This document shows, piece by piece, positions 10,555 to 20,051 of a stretch of DNA of 64,000 nucleotides. The translations under genes and the position numbers were made by a program. The notes under the pieces were generated by a model. The model had not been told where the DNA came from, made no database searches, and saw only the letters and a list, made by a program, of their open reading frames with translations. The stretch comes from Sphingopyxis sp. (lineage in GTDB: Bacteria; Pseudomonadota; Alphaproteobacteria; Sphingomonadales; Sphingomonadaceae): assembly GCA_016463225.1 (NCBI GenBank), contig JAEMRT010000005.1:33363-97362 (forward strand), in the 5' to 3' direction. Every line of letters begins with the position of its first letter. The first letter of the stretch is position 1.

Positions 10555-11496
10555 ATGAGTGAAAGAGGTCCGTTGCCACCCTTTGCGGCGCTGCGCGCAT
10601 TCGAGGCTTATGCCCGACATGGCAGAGTTCGACGTGCCGCTGCTGCACTGGGTTTGAGCCACACGATCGTGTCGCGGCACTTGCGGACGCTTGAAGACTG
10701 GCTCGGCGTCATGCTTGTAGATCGTGTCAACGGCAGGTTGACGCGATTGGGAGAGGAATATCATGCCTTGATCGCACCTGCCTTCGATCAGCTCGCGTCA
10801 GCGACCGCGCAGATACGCGGTACGGAAGGCCGGCTTACCATCTGGGCTGCACCCGGATTTGCCTATCTATGCATCACCTCGAAGCTTCCGGGTTTCAGCC
10901 AGGAAAATCCCGGACTGGCGATCGATCTGCGGCCTGCGGATATTCCCCCGGATCTGGCGCGTCGCGAGGCCGATGGAGATATTCGTTGGCTGAACGACTT
11001 CGATGCACAGGCAGAGCCCGCCGCACAAGGGCTGAGGCATCAGCTCCTTGCGCGGCCGCGGATCTTCCCCGTCGCGCGCCCCGACGCGCCGTGGCTGAAC
11101 GCAGCCGCGATCGCATCGCCAGGCGACCTTCTCGCTTTGCCTTTGCTGCACGAGAAGGACGATACCGAATGGACAATGTGGCTGAATGCGCAAGGCCTGC
11201 CCGCCGGCATGCCCTCGCCTCTGCTCCAGCTCTGGCAAGCGCATATGACGCTCGCCGCCGCGGTGGATGGTCACGGAGTGGCGTTGACCAACGACCTCCT
11301 GGCACGCGATCTTCTTGCCGCGGGTCGTCTTGTCGAAATCGGACCGGCGGCCGCTTCGTTTCGCGAGGTGCGTTTCGGAGGCTATTACCTCTTCGCCCGC
11401 AATGACAATTGGGAGAGCAGGACGTTTTCCCGATTTCGCGCTTGGCTCGTCGCGAACCTTGCAGGCGCGACCGGGCAGAGCCTGAGCATCGGCTGA
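10555..11496 (+). CDS. LysR-family regulator (GcvA-like), divergent from gabT
   Basis: LPPFAALRAFEAYARHG...AAAALGLSHTIVSRHLRTLE HTH. Confidence 0.9.
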   Translation: MSERGPLPPFAALRAFEAYARHGRVRRAAAALGLSHTIVSRHLRTLEDWLGVMLVDRVNGRLTRLGEEYHALIAPAFDQLASATAQIRGTEGRLTIWAAPGFAYLCITSKLPGFSQENPGLAIDLRPADIPPDLARREADGDIRWLNDFDAQAEPAAQGLRHQLLARPRIFPVARPDAPWLNAAAIASPGDLLALPLLHEKDDTEWTMWLNAQGLPAGMPSPLLQLWQAHMTLAAAVDGHGVALTNDLLARDLLAAGRLVEIGPAAASFREVRFGGYYLFARNDNWESRTFSRFRAWLVANLAGATGQSLSIG

Positions 11497-11756
11497 CGAG
11501 AACGCCACGGGGCACGGTAAAGGGCGCCGCAGCAAGCGACGTGAACGGCGTCCCGCAGGTGGGGAGATCATGGCGGCAAGCTCGCGTTGACGCTTTGCAA
11601 TGATGTCGCGCACGTCGAATTTCGCCTCCGACAACGCGGCGCCGGACTTGCGACGGTTTAACGGCATGGTCACTGCCGGTCTTTGCCCGGAGCGTGCGCA
11701 ATCGCCGGTTTGGCGATCAATCCGCCGACGGGCTTCTTCCAACCTGTCTGCGCCAA

Positions 11757-11788
11757 GCAGATTTGCCGCATAGCTGCAGATTTGCAGG
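11757..11788. promoter_or_regulatory. Tandem candidate enhancer (UAS) sites
   Basis: GCAGATTTGC occurs twice (11757 and 11776); the second copy sits in GCTGCA-GATT-TGCAGG. Confidence 0.5.
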
Positions 11789-11841
11789 CCGGAACCTCTC
11801 CGTGAACCCAAAAATAGCGGCAATTCGGCGGGTCGGGCAAT

Positions 11842-11857
11842 TGGCACATTTGTTGCT
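11842..11857 (+). promoter_or_regulatory. Sigma54 promoter of the P450 operon
   Basis: TGGCACATTTGTTGCT is a consensus match. Confidence 0.82.
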
Positions 11858-11912
11858 TGGGAATGACAGTAAGGCAAAAACGCCTGCAGGGGGGAATTGG
11901 GTGAATATTAAT

Positions 11913-13106
11913 ATGCACGGCGATGCTCATTTTCTCAATGTAAGCGATTCTCAATTCTCGGTCAGGTCGGCGGAAGTGACTGCTGCCCGTGAAGCCAGTT
12001 GGTACGCTAATACGCCCTATGGGATCGCAATACTTCGTTATGCCGAATTGAAGGAGCTGCTGCGGCACAAGATGTTGCGCCAGGGGAGCTACGCCTGGCC
12101 AGCGCTCAACAATGCGACGGGCAGCTTCGCCCGCTGGTGGATGAACATGATGCTGGGCAAAGAGGGGGGCGATCATGCGCGTCTTCGCAAACTTGCCAAT
12201 CCCGCCTTCTCTCCGAAGATCGTCCGCGCGCTACTCCCGAGCTTTCACAGCATGGCAGAGGAACTGACCGAGGCGTTCGTCGGAGATGGTCGCTGCGAAT
12301 ATATGAGGCAGTTCTCGGAGCCATATGCGACCCGTGTTGTATGCAAGCTGCTCGGAATTCCCGAGGACAATTGGCGCGAGCTCGCGGACATTACCGTGGT
12401 GATGGGCCAGGCGCTCGGTGTTTCCTACTTCGAGAAGATGGACGAGGTAAACGAGGCGACGGACCGTATGTTCGCGATTGCCGAGAAGCTGGTTGTCGAC
12501 CGGCGCTCGCGTCCTGCGGGTGAGGATTTCCTTTCGACGCTCCTCTCGGTGAACGAGGCCAGCGAGGACGCTCTCAGCCATCAGGAGATGTTGGACATGA
12601 TTGTCCTTACAATCTTCGCCGGCATCGACACCACACGCAACCAGCTCGGGCTCGGGATCGACATGTTCATTCAGAACCCGCAGCAGTGGGAATTGCTGCG
12701 CGCCCGGCCGGACCTTGCGGAGGCCGCGGTCGACGAGGTCATGCGTGCCCGTCCGACCGTGACCTGGGTAACCCGCGAGGCCGTCGAGGATTTCGAATAT
12801 CAGGGTCTGCGGATCGCGCGGGGCGCGACCCTCCACCTGTTTTCGCAATCGGCCTGTTCCGACCCCAGCGCCTTTCCTGACCCGGAGTTCGACATTGCGG
12901 CGCAGCGCAAGACGCATTTCGGCTTTGGCGGCGGCATCCATCACTGCCTCGGGAATTTCATCGCGCGCGCCGACATGCAGGTCGCTTTCGAGGCCCTGTC
13001 CCGCAAGGTTTCCAACATCCGCTACGATGGAGAACCCGTGTTTCTTCCAGATAGTGGCAACACCGGGCCGCTGACGCTCCCCATCAAATTCGAGGCCGTC
13101 GCATGA
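11913..13106 (+). CDS. Cytochrome P450
   Basis: I-helix AGIDTT, EVMR (ExxR) and heme motif FGGGIHHCLG. Confidence 0.95.
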   Translation: MHGDAHFLNVSDSQFSVRSAEVTAAREASWYANTPYGIAILRYAELKELLRHKMLRQGSYAWPALNNATGSFARWWMNMMLGKEGGDHARLRKLANPAFSPKIVRALLPSFHSMAEELTEAFVGDGRCEYMRQFSEPYATRVVCKLLGIPEDNWRELADITVVMGQALGVSYFEKMDEVNEATDRMFAIAEKLVVDRRSRPAGEDFLSTLLSVNEASEDALSHQEMLDMIVLTIFAGIDTTRNQLGLGIDMFIQNPQQWELLRARPDLAEAAVDEVMRARPTVTWVTREAVEDFEYQGLRIARGATLHLFSQSACSDPSAFPDPEFDIAAQRKTHFGFGGGIHHCLGNFIARADMQVAFEALSRKVSNIRYDGEPVFLPDSGNTGPLTLPIKFEAVA

Positions 13107-14443
13107 GCACCGCCGAGCAAACTTTGTCTCTTGCCGCCATCGAGCAGCGCCTCGATGCCGAGGCGATCCGGATCATCCACGTCGGTCAGTTCGACTATGC
13201 GGGGATGTTTCGTAGCCGCCGCATGGACAAGGCCGCCTTCTTGAACTGGGCCCGGGCGCCGCGATTTTCGAACACGCTTTCGAAATGGAATTACGCCGAA
13301 TCCCTTCACGCGGGCGGTCCGTACCTGACGGAGCGCGTTGCGATCGACATCGACTCGCTTCGGCGCTTTCCGTTCGAGGCCAATGCCGTGCTCGTCATCG
13401 CGGACCACTGCGGGGCCTCGGCCAATGTTACTCCGCGTTCCGTATTGAAAGCCCAGCTCAAGCGAGCTGCCGATCTCGGCTTCGACGTCCGGGCAGCGTT
13501 CGAAGTCGAAATGATCTTCCTGGCCGAAACCGCCCAGTCAATGCGCGATGCCGATTATCGCGGCCTGCGCCAATTTGTTCCCGACAACAAATGCTGGTCC
13601 GGGCAGACCGCAGCACAGGAGGCGATGTTCGTCGCCGAACTCGACGATGCGATACGGGCCAGCGACATCAACCTGTTCACCGTGGGCGGCGAAATGGGGC
13701 CTGGATGCTTTGAGGCGACGCTCGGCGCTACCGATGGTTTGCGCGCCGCAGACGACGCCGCGGTGCTACGTCAGACTGTTCGGGCCTTTGCGCGGCAGCG
13801 CGACATGACGGCGCTGTTCATGCCCTATGTCGGAACCGGCTATCCGGGGCTTGGAGGACATATCAACCTTTCGCTGGTCGATCGTTCGACAGGCCGGAAC
13901 CTGTTCTCCGACCCGGCGGGCACCACCAACCTTCTGGCGCGTCGCTTCATCGCCGGCATGTCACGCGTGGTGCCGGACGCATTCGCCATGTGTGCCCAGT
14001 CGGTCAATGCATACCGCAGGCTCGCTCCCGGGAGTTGGGCGCCCAAGTCGTTGACCTGGGCGGAATGGACATTCACCACCGCGATCCGGTCGGTCCCCGA
14101 CGACTCCGACAATGCGCGCCTGGAATTCCGGGTTCCTGCCGCTGACTGCAACACACATCTCGCGCTCGCGCTCATGATCGGGGCAGGCCTCGAAGGCATC
14201 GAAAGCGAGCTCGGCGTTACCGACCCGTCGCCGGACCTTGGTCCGGACGAGATTCCCGCCGGCGCCTCCCGCTTTCCTTCGAATCTCGGTTCCGCAGCCG
14301 AGACGCTGCGCGCAAGTGGCCTGGCGCGCAAGCTGTTCGGTGATCCTTTCATCGACAACTTTGCCGATGCCTGCGCCAGCGAACATGCGAGCCTCGCGCG
14401 CGCGGTGAGCCGGGACGAATTCGCACGATACGCCGAAGGCTGA
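13103..14443 (+). CDS. Glutamine-synthetase-like gamma-glutamyl-amide ligase, divergent subunit
   Basis: AFEVEM, EMGPGCFE, GGHIN, NAYRRL and RLEFR. The WGxxNR motif is degenerate (WAEWTF). ATGA overlap with the P450. Confidence 0.85.
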   Translation: MSTAEQTLSLAAIEQRLDAEAIRIIHVGQFDYAGMFRSRRMDKAAFLNWARAPRFSNTLSKWNYAESLHAGGPYLTERVAIDIDSLRRFPFEANAVLVIADHCGASANVTPRSVLKAQLKRAADLGFDVRAAFEVEMIFLAETAQSMRDADYRGLRQFVPDNKCWSGQTAAQEAMFVAELDDAIRASDINLFTVGGEMGPGCFEATLGATDGLRAADDAAVLRQTVRAFARQRDMTALFMPYVGTGYPGLGGHINLSLVDRSTGRNLFSDPAGTTNLLARRFIAGMSRVVPDAFAMCAQSVNAYRRLAPGSWAPKSLTWAEWTFTTAIRSVPDDSDNARLEFRVPAADCNTHLALALMIGAGLEGIESELGVTDPSPDLGPDEIPAGASRFPSNLGSAAETLRASGLARKLFGDPFIDNFADACASEHASLARAVSRDEFARYAEG

Positions 14444-14448
14444 CGGCC

Positions 14449-14472
14449 GCATCCCTGCGGTCGCAGGGGTGC
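14449..14472. other. Intercistronic hairpin between the two GS-like genes
   Basis: GCATCCCTGC-GGTC-GCAGGGGTGC. Confidence 0.45.
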
Positions 14473-14509
14473 AGTCATTCATTCCATTATTCATTCTCAG
14501 GGGAAATCG

Positions 14510-15979
14510 ATGTCCGATCTTGCAAATTATGTCGCCGACGAACAACGCAAGGAGCGTGTCCGCCGCGTCGGAGACAAAATCAAGGCGCTCGGAATTCAGC
14601 ATGTCTATTTCCAGTTTATCTCAGTCACCGGGCGCGTCATGGGAAAGTCCGTCCCTGCGGACCACTGGCTGACAATTGCAGAAAAGGGCGTGCAGCTTTG
14701 GTATGGCGCGGTCGCCGACGTTCAGGTCGACCGTCGGGGTGAATATATCGGCTATTCCGCGAATGCCGCCGAACTGGTCGCGCTGCCCGACCCCGAGACC
14801 TTCGTCCAGCTACCTTGGAACAAGTCCGTCGCGCGTGTGTTCTGCACGCTCTTCCGCCACCGTGAGGAAGAGGAGGATGCCGGTGCGTTTCTCACCTCGG
14901 ATTGTCGCGGCAATCTTCGGCGTATCCATGCCGAATTCCAGGATCGCCATAAGCTCGGCCTGCGGCTCGGCTGCGAACCCGAGATGATGTGGCTGAAGCG
15001 CGGGCCGGACGGCAAGGCGGCCGGCGGCGCCACGCGTCCGCTCGGTTATCATATCGACCAGTTCGAAGCTTTGTCTCCGGTCATCATGCGCGTGCACGAA
15101 TATGCTCGCGCGATGGGGCTCGACATGATCCAGGGCGATCATGAGGACGCGCCAGGACAGCTCGAGCTCAACTTCATGTATGACGATGTGCTGCGGACCG
15201 CGGATCGGCTGACGACCTATCGGCAGATCTGCGCGCAAGTCGCGCGTGAATTCAACCTGATCGCGACCTTTATGACGAAGCCTTTCGAAGGGGTTTCGGC
15301 CAATGGGTGCCACCACAATGTCTCGCTCTGGTCGGGCGGAGACGATGTGGTCAACAGCTTCGAATATGGCGCTGATGGCCTTCCCGGCCTCGATGAAAGC
15401 TTCACCTACCGGAAGGGTGGATCGAACGCCTTTCTTCGAGAGACGGGCGAGTGGTTGCCCGATACCGTCGGCCTTCAGTCGATCGGCGGCCTCATCGAGC
15501 ATCTTCCCGCGCTGACCGCGATCGGGTCGTCTACCGTCAATTCATATCGCCGCATGAGCGATACGGGTTTCTGGGCGCCGATCTATGCCGACTGGGGCAT
15601 GCAGAACCGCACCGTCGGAATCCGCGTATCGGCGCCGGGTCGCGTCGAGTATCGCGCCGTCGACAGTCTCGTGAACCCTTATTTGATGGGGGCAGGGCTG
15701 CTGAAGGCCTTCGACGACGGTATCGTTCGCAAACTGGATCCGGGCCGTCCCGAACAGCGCAACATTTACGAAGCGATGGATGCCGGCAAGAAGGTGCAGC
15801 GCTTGCCTTCCGACCTTCGCGATGCGCTCCTCGCGCTCGAGGCGGATCCCGTCATTCTCGACGCCATGCCCGGGGACATGGCCCGCTGCTTCTTCCACCT
15901 GAAGCGCGACGAATGGGCACGCTTCATGTCGACCGTCACTGAATGGGATTATGACCGCTTCCTGGAATATCTCCCCTGA
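14510..15979 (+). CDS. Glutamine-synthetase-like gamma-glutamyl-amide ligase, canonical subunit
   Basis: GCEPEM, DHEDAPGQLE, ANGCHHN, NSYRR, WGMQNRT and RVEYR. Confidence 0.9.
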   Translation: MSDLANYVADEQRKERVRRVGDKIKALGIQHVYFQFISVTGRVMGKSVPADHWLTIAEKGVQLWYGAVADVQVDRRGEYIGYSANAAELVALPDPETFVQLPWNKSVARVFCTLFRHREEEEDAGAFLTSDCRGNLRRIHAEFQDRHKLGLRLGCEPEMMWLKRGPDGKAAGGATRPLGYHIDQFEALSPVIMRVHEYARAMGLDMIQGDHEDAPGQLELNFMYDDVLRTADRLTTYRQICAQVAREFNLIATFMTKPFEGVSANGCHHNVSLWSGGDDVVNSFEYGADGLPGLDESFTYRKGGSNAFLRETGEWLPDTVGLQSIGGLIEHLPALTAIGSSTVNSYRRMSDTGFWAPIYADWGMQNRTVGIRVSAPGRVEYRAVDSLVNPYLMGAGLLKAFDDGIVRKLDPGRPEQRNIYEAMDAGKKVQRLPSDLRDALLALEADPVILDAMPGDMARCFFHLKRDEWARFMSTVTEWDYDRFLEYLP

Positions 15980-16042
15980 TTGCAACTATTCCGACACCAG
16001 CCGACAGAGGACGGCTGGTGTCGGTGTTTCGGAGTTTTCCTG

Positions 16043-16801
16043 ATGACACACAGGCGACCGCTCGTTGGGCTCGTGATGGACGAGCGACTTATCGACGAGA
16101 TGCCCAATCAGGTGATCGGCGAGAAATATGCGTCAGCGATCAGCGATTTCTCGGATTGTCTTCCCGTAGCACTCTGGCCGTCGCCGAGAGGCGAAGACCT
16201 CGACATCCTGCTGGAGCGCTTCGACGGTTTTGTCTTCCCCGGGAGCATCTCCAATGTCGATCCCGACCGATATGACGGAGCCGAGCGTCAGCCCCCCTTC
16301 GACCTCCGGCGAGATGAGTTCGCCCTGTCGCTTGCGCGCGCGGTCGTTTCACGGCGATGCCCCGCCCTTTTCATCTGTCGCGGCTACCAGGAACTGAACG
16401 TCGCGCTCGGCGGCAGTCTGCGCACGCAGTTAGAAAAGCGGGACTCGACCGTGGCGCACCATTCCGAGGAAGGCGTCGCCATGGATGTTCGGTACGCGCC
16501 CTTGCACGAGGTCACTCTCGCCGATTGGTCCGCGCTTCGTTCCATATTCGGCACGACTCGCTTCGGTGTGAACTCGCTTCATTACCAGGGTCTCGAACGT
16601 GTTGCAGACGCGCTCGTGGTGCATGGCACGGCCGACGACGGCCTTCCGGAGCTGGTGGCTGTCGCCGATCACCCCTTTGCGGTTGGCGTCCAATGGCATC
16701 CTGAGTACAAACCGGAAAAGAGCGCACCAAATCGTGCGCTTCTGGAGGCATTCGGGCGGGCGGTACGCGGCGAGCTCAATCTTCAGGACAAGCGGATCTG
16801 A
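16043..16801 (+). CDS. Peptidase C26, gamma-glutamyl-gamma-aminobutyrate hydrolase family (PuuD-like)
   Basis: PGSISNVDP, RD.F, ICRGYQELNVALGG, VNSLHYQG and GVQWHPE. Confidence 0.9.
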   Translation: MTHRRPLVGLVMDERLIDEMPNQVIGEKYASAISDFSDCLPVALWPSPRGEDLDILLERFDGFVFPGSISNVDPDRYDGAERQPPFDLRRDEFALSLARAVVSRRCPALFICRGYQELNVALGGSLRTQLEKRDSTVAHHSEEGVAMDVRYAPLHEVTLADWSALRSIFGTTRFGVNSLHYQGLERVADALVVHGTADDGLPELVAVADHPFAVGVQWHPEYKPEKSAPNRALLEAFGRAVRGELNLQDKRI

Positions 16802-16816
16802 CACGAGGTGGATTAG

Positions 16817-17752
16817 GTGGAGAAAATCGAGCGCGGAAAGGATGGCACGGGGAAAGCACCCGCCTACGCGCTGGGAGAAATATCCCTGAGGCTTGACGGG
16901 AGTGGCGACGCGCTCGTCGATGCGATCACGCGCGAGGGCTGGGTGCTCGGAGCAAACCCTACACAGCGGGAGCTGCTGGGTCTCGACGAACTGCCGCAGC
17001 GCATCGAATTGGAGGCCATCTACACGGCTGACTCTTGTCGATCGCTCCTGGAGCTTTTCGCGCGCGATCTTCCTACCGGCTTTGTGACTTCGCTTGAACT
17101 TGAGCTTCGCGGACGCGAGGGAGAGCCGATCCCGGTCCTCGCACGATGCTGCAAGATCGCGGCGCACCCCGAGCATATCTTCCGCCTGACAAAGTTGCCG
17201 TTCGGCGCTGCGAATATCACGCGACGCGAGTTATTCGATCTCAACAGCCTGCTACGACAGATTCTCGATCAGGCGCGCGATGGTCATTGGTGCATCGAAT
17301 TTCTCGAGCCGGTTTCTCTCGACCGCCCCGAAGCTGCGATCATCGCCCAGATATTCGAGAATGCGGCGGTGTGGCGCGTCGCCAACAGGGCGATGGCGCG
17401 TCTCTACGAGCTTCCCGACGATGCGATGATCCAAGAAGGTGATGTGCATCTCTACTGGCCTCGAAGCCCTGAAAACGAGCGGTTCGTCACGGAAATCATC
17501 AGATCCAACTATGCTATCGACAGGGCATTGTCGGTAGACATGCGCCATGATGGCACCCCGATCGTCATCGAGAATGATGTCCGTGCCCATTTTCATGACG
17601 GGCAACTGATCCGGATTTGGGGACGGTGCCGCGAATTGCCCGATGACGCCGGGATGAGCGCACGTCTGCAGGAGACCTCTACAGCAACCGTCGATGAGCC
17701 GGGCGCCGGACGCGGAGCGGAAGCGGGGACGGGAGGCGCGGTTGGAGCGTAG
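16817..17752 (+). CDS. PAS-like domain protein with no output domain
   Basis: Two PAS-like segments (ANPTQRELLG...ELELRGREGEPIPV and ANRAMARLY...MRHDGTPIVIE). Lies immediately upstream of the sigma54 activator. Confidence 0.6.
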   Translation: MEKIERGKDGTGKAPAYALGEISLRLDGSGDALVDAITREGWVLGANPTQRELLGLDELPQRIELEAIYTADSCRSLLELFARDLPTGFVTSLELELRGREGEPIPVLARCCKIAAHPEHIFRLTKLPFGAANITRRELFDLNSLLRQILDQARDGHWCIEFLEPVSLDRPEAAIIAQIFENAAVWRVANRAMARLYELPDDAMIQEGDVHLYWPRSPENERFVTEIIRSNYAIDRALSVDMRHDGTPIVIENDVRAHFHDGQLIRIWGRCRELPDDAGMSARLQETSTATVDEPGAGRGAEAGTGGAVGA

Positions 17753-17768
17753 ATCGCAAATCTCTCCG

Positions 17769-19145
17769 ATGAATTTTGCCGTCAGCCAGTCGGGCCCGGT
17801 CTCTCAGAGCGCGCTCGAAGAGATGCTGGCCTCCCCGGCCTTCACCACGATCGCCAACCTTCTGGCGACCGGGCTTGTCGTAATCTCGCCCGACGAAGCC
17901 ATCGTCCACATCAATGTGGCGGCCGGACGCTATCTCGGCGTAGAGCCGCAGGACGTTTTTAAGCGTCCCTTGACCACGCTGCTGCAGAATTCGAGAATAT
18001 TGCCCTCCGACTGGACGGCCTTCGTGCAGAAGGGGAGAAGCGAAAAATCCTTCGTCGGAGCCGAGGGCGAGCCGCAGTTTCATGTTACGCGCCGGGTCAT
18101 ACCGGCACGCGGGGCGCGGTCCGGCTACACGGTATTTGTCTTGTCGCCGCCGGGACAAGGCACGGCCGACCAAGGCACGGCGGAGCAGGCCCAGACCCGC
18201 GGCGCCCTCATCCTGCCGCCGAATCTCAGGGCACGGATCGACCGGGCCGTGACGGCCCATCGTCGCGGATTGCGCGTCTTGCTCCTTGGCGAGTCGGGAG
18301 TGGGCAAGACCTCGATCGCGAAATACATCCATCAGGCATCCTCCGGCGCCGACAAACCCTTCATCCATGTGAACTGTGGTTCCATTCCCGAGACCTTGAT
18401 GGAATCGGAAATGTTCGGTTACGAGCGGGGCGCCTTCACCGGTGCGCTCAGCAGCGGCAAGACGGGCTTTGTCGAGAGTGCAGAAGGCGGCACGCTCTTC
18501 CTCGACGAGGTCGGTGAGATTCCCATTACCTCGCAGGCGAAAATATTGAAATTCCTCGAGGACAGCACAATCCAGCCGATCGGCTCGGCAAAGTCGCGCA
18601 AGATCCGGACGACCGTCATCGCGGCTACTAATCGCAATCTCTCGGAAATGATTGCGGAGCGGACGTTTCGGCGGGATCTCTATTTTCGAATTGCGACCTT
18701 TCCCGTCACGATTCCGCCACTGCGCGATCGCGATGACCGCAACATCCTGCTTGATGCCTTTTTGACGAATGCCAACGAGAATCGCGACAGACCGCTCGGC
18801 CTGACCGAGGCATGCCGCTCCGCGATCCTGAATGCGCCGCTGCCAGGAAATCTGCGCGAGATGCAGAGTATCGTTCAGTATCTCGACATCGTTTGCGACA
18901 CGCTGGCCGACGCGTCCGACCTCGCCGACGAGGCAATCTTGGGCAAAGGCACTCCCTCGGCCACTTCGGTCGCGGAGGATGGCGTCGGCGGTCTGCTGCG
19001 CGATCAGGTTCGCGCGATCGAGGCCCGGATCATTCAGGCTGCCATCGACAAACATGGAAGCAAGAAGGATGCCGCGGCAAGCCTCGGGATCGATGTGACA
19101 ACGCTCTTGAGAAAATTGGCGCGCGAAGCCGATGAGGCGCGCTGA
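17769..19145 (+). CDS. Sigma54-dependent enhancer-binding protein (PAS-AAA+-HTH)
   Basis: GESGVGKT, GAFTGA, LFLDEVGE, FRRDLYFR, PGNLRE and a Fis-type HTH. Confidence 0.95.
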   Translation: MNFAVSQSGPVSQSALEEMLASPAFTTIANLLATGLVVISPDEAIVHINVAAGRYLGVEPQDVFKRPLTTLLQNSRILPSDWTAFVQKGRSEKSFVGAEGEPQFHVTRRVIPARGARSGYTVFVLSPPGQGTADQGTAEQAQTRGALILPPNLRARIDRAVTAHRRGLRVLLLGESGVGKTSIAKYIHQASSGADKPFIHVNCGSIPETLMESEMFGYERGAFTGALSSGKTGFVESAEGGTLFLDEVGEIPITSQAKILKFLEDSTIQPIGSAKSRKIRTTVIAATNRNLSEMIAERTFRRDLYFRIATFPVTIPPLRDRDDRNILLDAFLTNANENRDRPLGLTEACRSAILNAPLPGNLREMQSIVQYLDIVCDTLADASDLADEAILGKGTPSATSVAEDGVGGLLRDQVRAIEARIIQAAIDKHGSKKDAAASLGIDVTTLLRKLAREADEAR

Positions 19146-19197
19146 CGGCTCGCCGTGCGCCAGCCGGCAGCAAACATGGACACCGTTTACCCGGCGC

Positions 19198-19935
19198 CTA
19201 GCCGCTCTCGCATATGATATTGCGCAGATGCAGCATGTCTCCGCCCAGCAGGGCGAGTTCCGCGTCGTTCCTGGAGCCGGACACCAGCGATGCCGACAGG
19301 CTGAATCCGGGTGGTAGGTCGGTCATGGGAACGGCCACTGTACTGATGCCGCGGTAGGTTATGTCGCGGTCGATCGCATAGCCGTAGCGCCTCGCCCGGA
19401 CGACTTGCTGTTCGAACTCCGCGAACGAGAATGGAATTTGCCATCGTACGGCGGCAAACCGTTGTTCGAGTTCGCTTCCCTCAACCATTTGCGCAGCGGC
19501 GATAGCGCGGCCGACCGCTCCACTGCCGAGCGGCTGGCGTTGTCCCTCGTCGAGGCGTAATCGCACGCCCCCTCTGGTTTCTGCCTGCGCGATAAGCTGG
19601 ACCCGTTCGCGCGAGACGATCTTCCACAGGCCGATGGCGGCATCGGATGACGCTGCAAGCTCGTCGATCAGGGGCTGGGTTCGCTCGATCAGCCTCGATG
19701 TTAGATCCTTGCGTAAAGCGGGAAGGTCGGCCCACTCGACCGCAAGCCGGTAAGTCTTCGATTGCCGATCGCGAGCGACTGGTCCTTCCTGCGTTAGTGT
19801 TGTCAGCAGGTTGAGGCAGGAAGACGGACTGATGCCGGAACGCACGCTGATCTCGGTGAGACGCATCGGCATTGCGTCAGCGAGCAGGCGCAAAATTGCA
19901 AAGGCTTGCGAAAGCGAGCGAACTGATTCGGCCAT
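19198..19935 (-). CDS. IclR-family regulator
   Basis: N-terminal SVRSLSQAFAIL HTH; GSGAVGRA and RRYGYAID...GISTVAVP. Confidence 0.9.
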   Translation of the reverse strand: MAESVRSLSQAFAILRLLADAMPMRLTEISVRSGISPSSCLNLLTTLTQEGPVARDRQSKTYRLAVEWADLPALRKDLTSRLIERTQPLIDELAASSDAAIGLWKIVSRERVQLIAQAETRGGVRLRLDEGQRQPLGSGAVGRAIAAAQMVEGSELEQRFAAVRWQIPFSFAEFEQQVVRARRYGYAIDRDITYRGISTVAVPMTDLPPGFSLSASLVSGSRNDAELALLGGDMLHLRNIICESG

Positions 19936-19947
19936 AACTCGATTTAG

Positions 19948-19982
19948 TTCAGCATTCTGAAAAATGCATGTACAATGTTGAA
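19948..19982. promoter_or_regulatory. Tandem candidate IclR operator
   Basis: TTCAGCATTCTGAA-N7-TGTACAATGTTGAA. The same layout recurs at 25315. Confidence 0.6.
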
Positions 19983-20051
19983 TAATCTCCTGGCGCTTGC
20001 CTATGGGGCGATTGCCTAAGCGCCAGCGAAACATTTCAGGAGGACGCGCAA

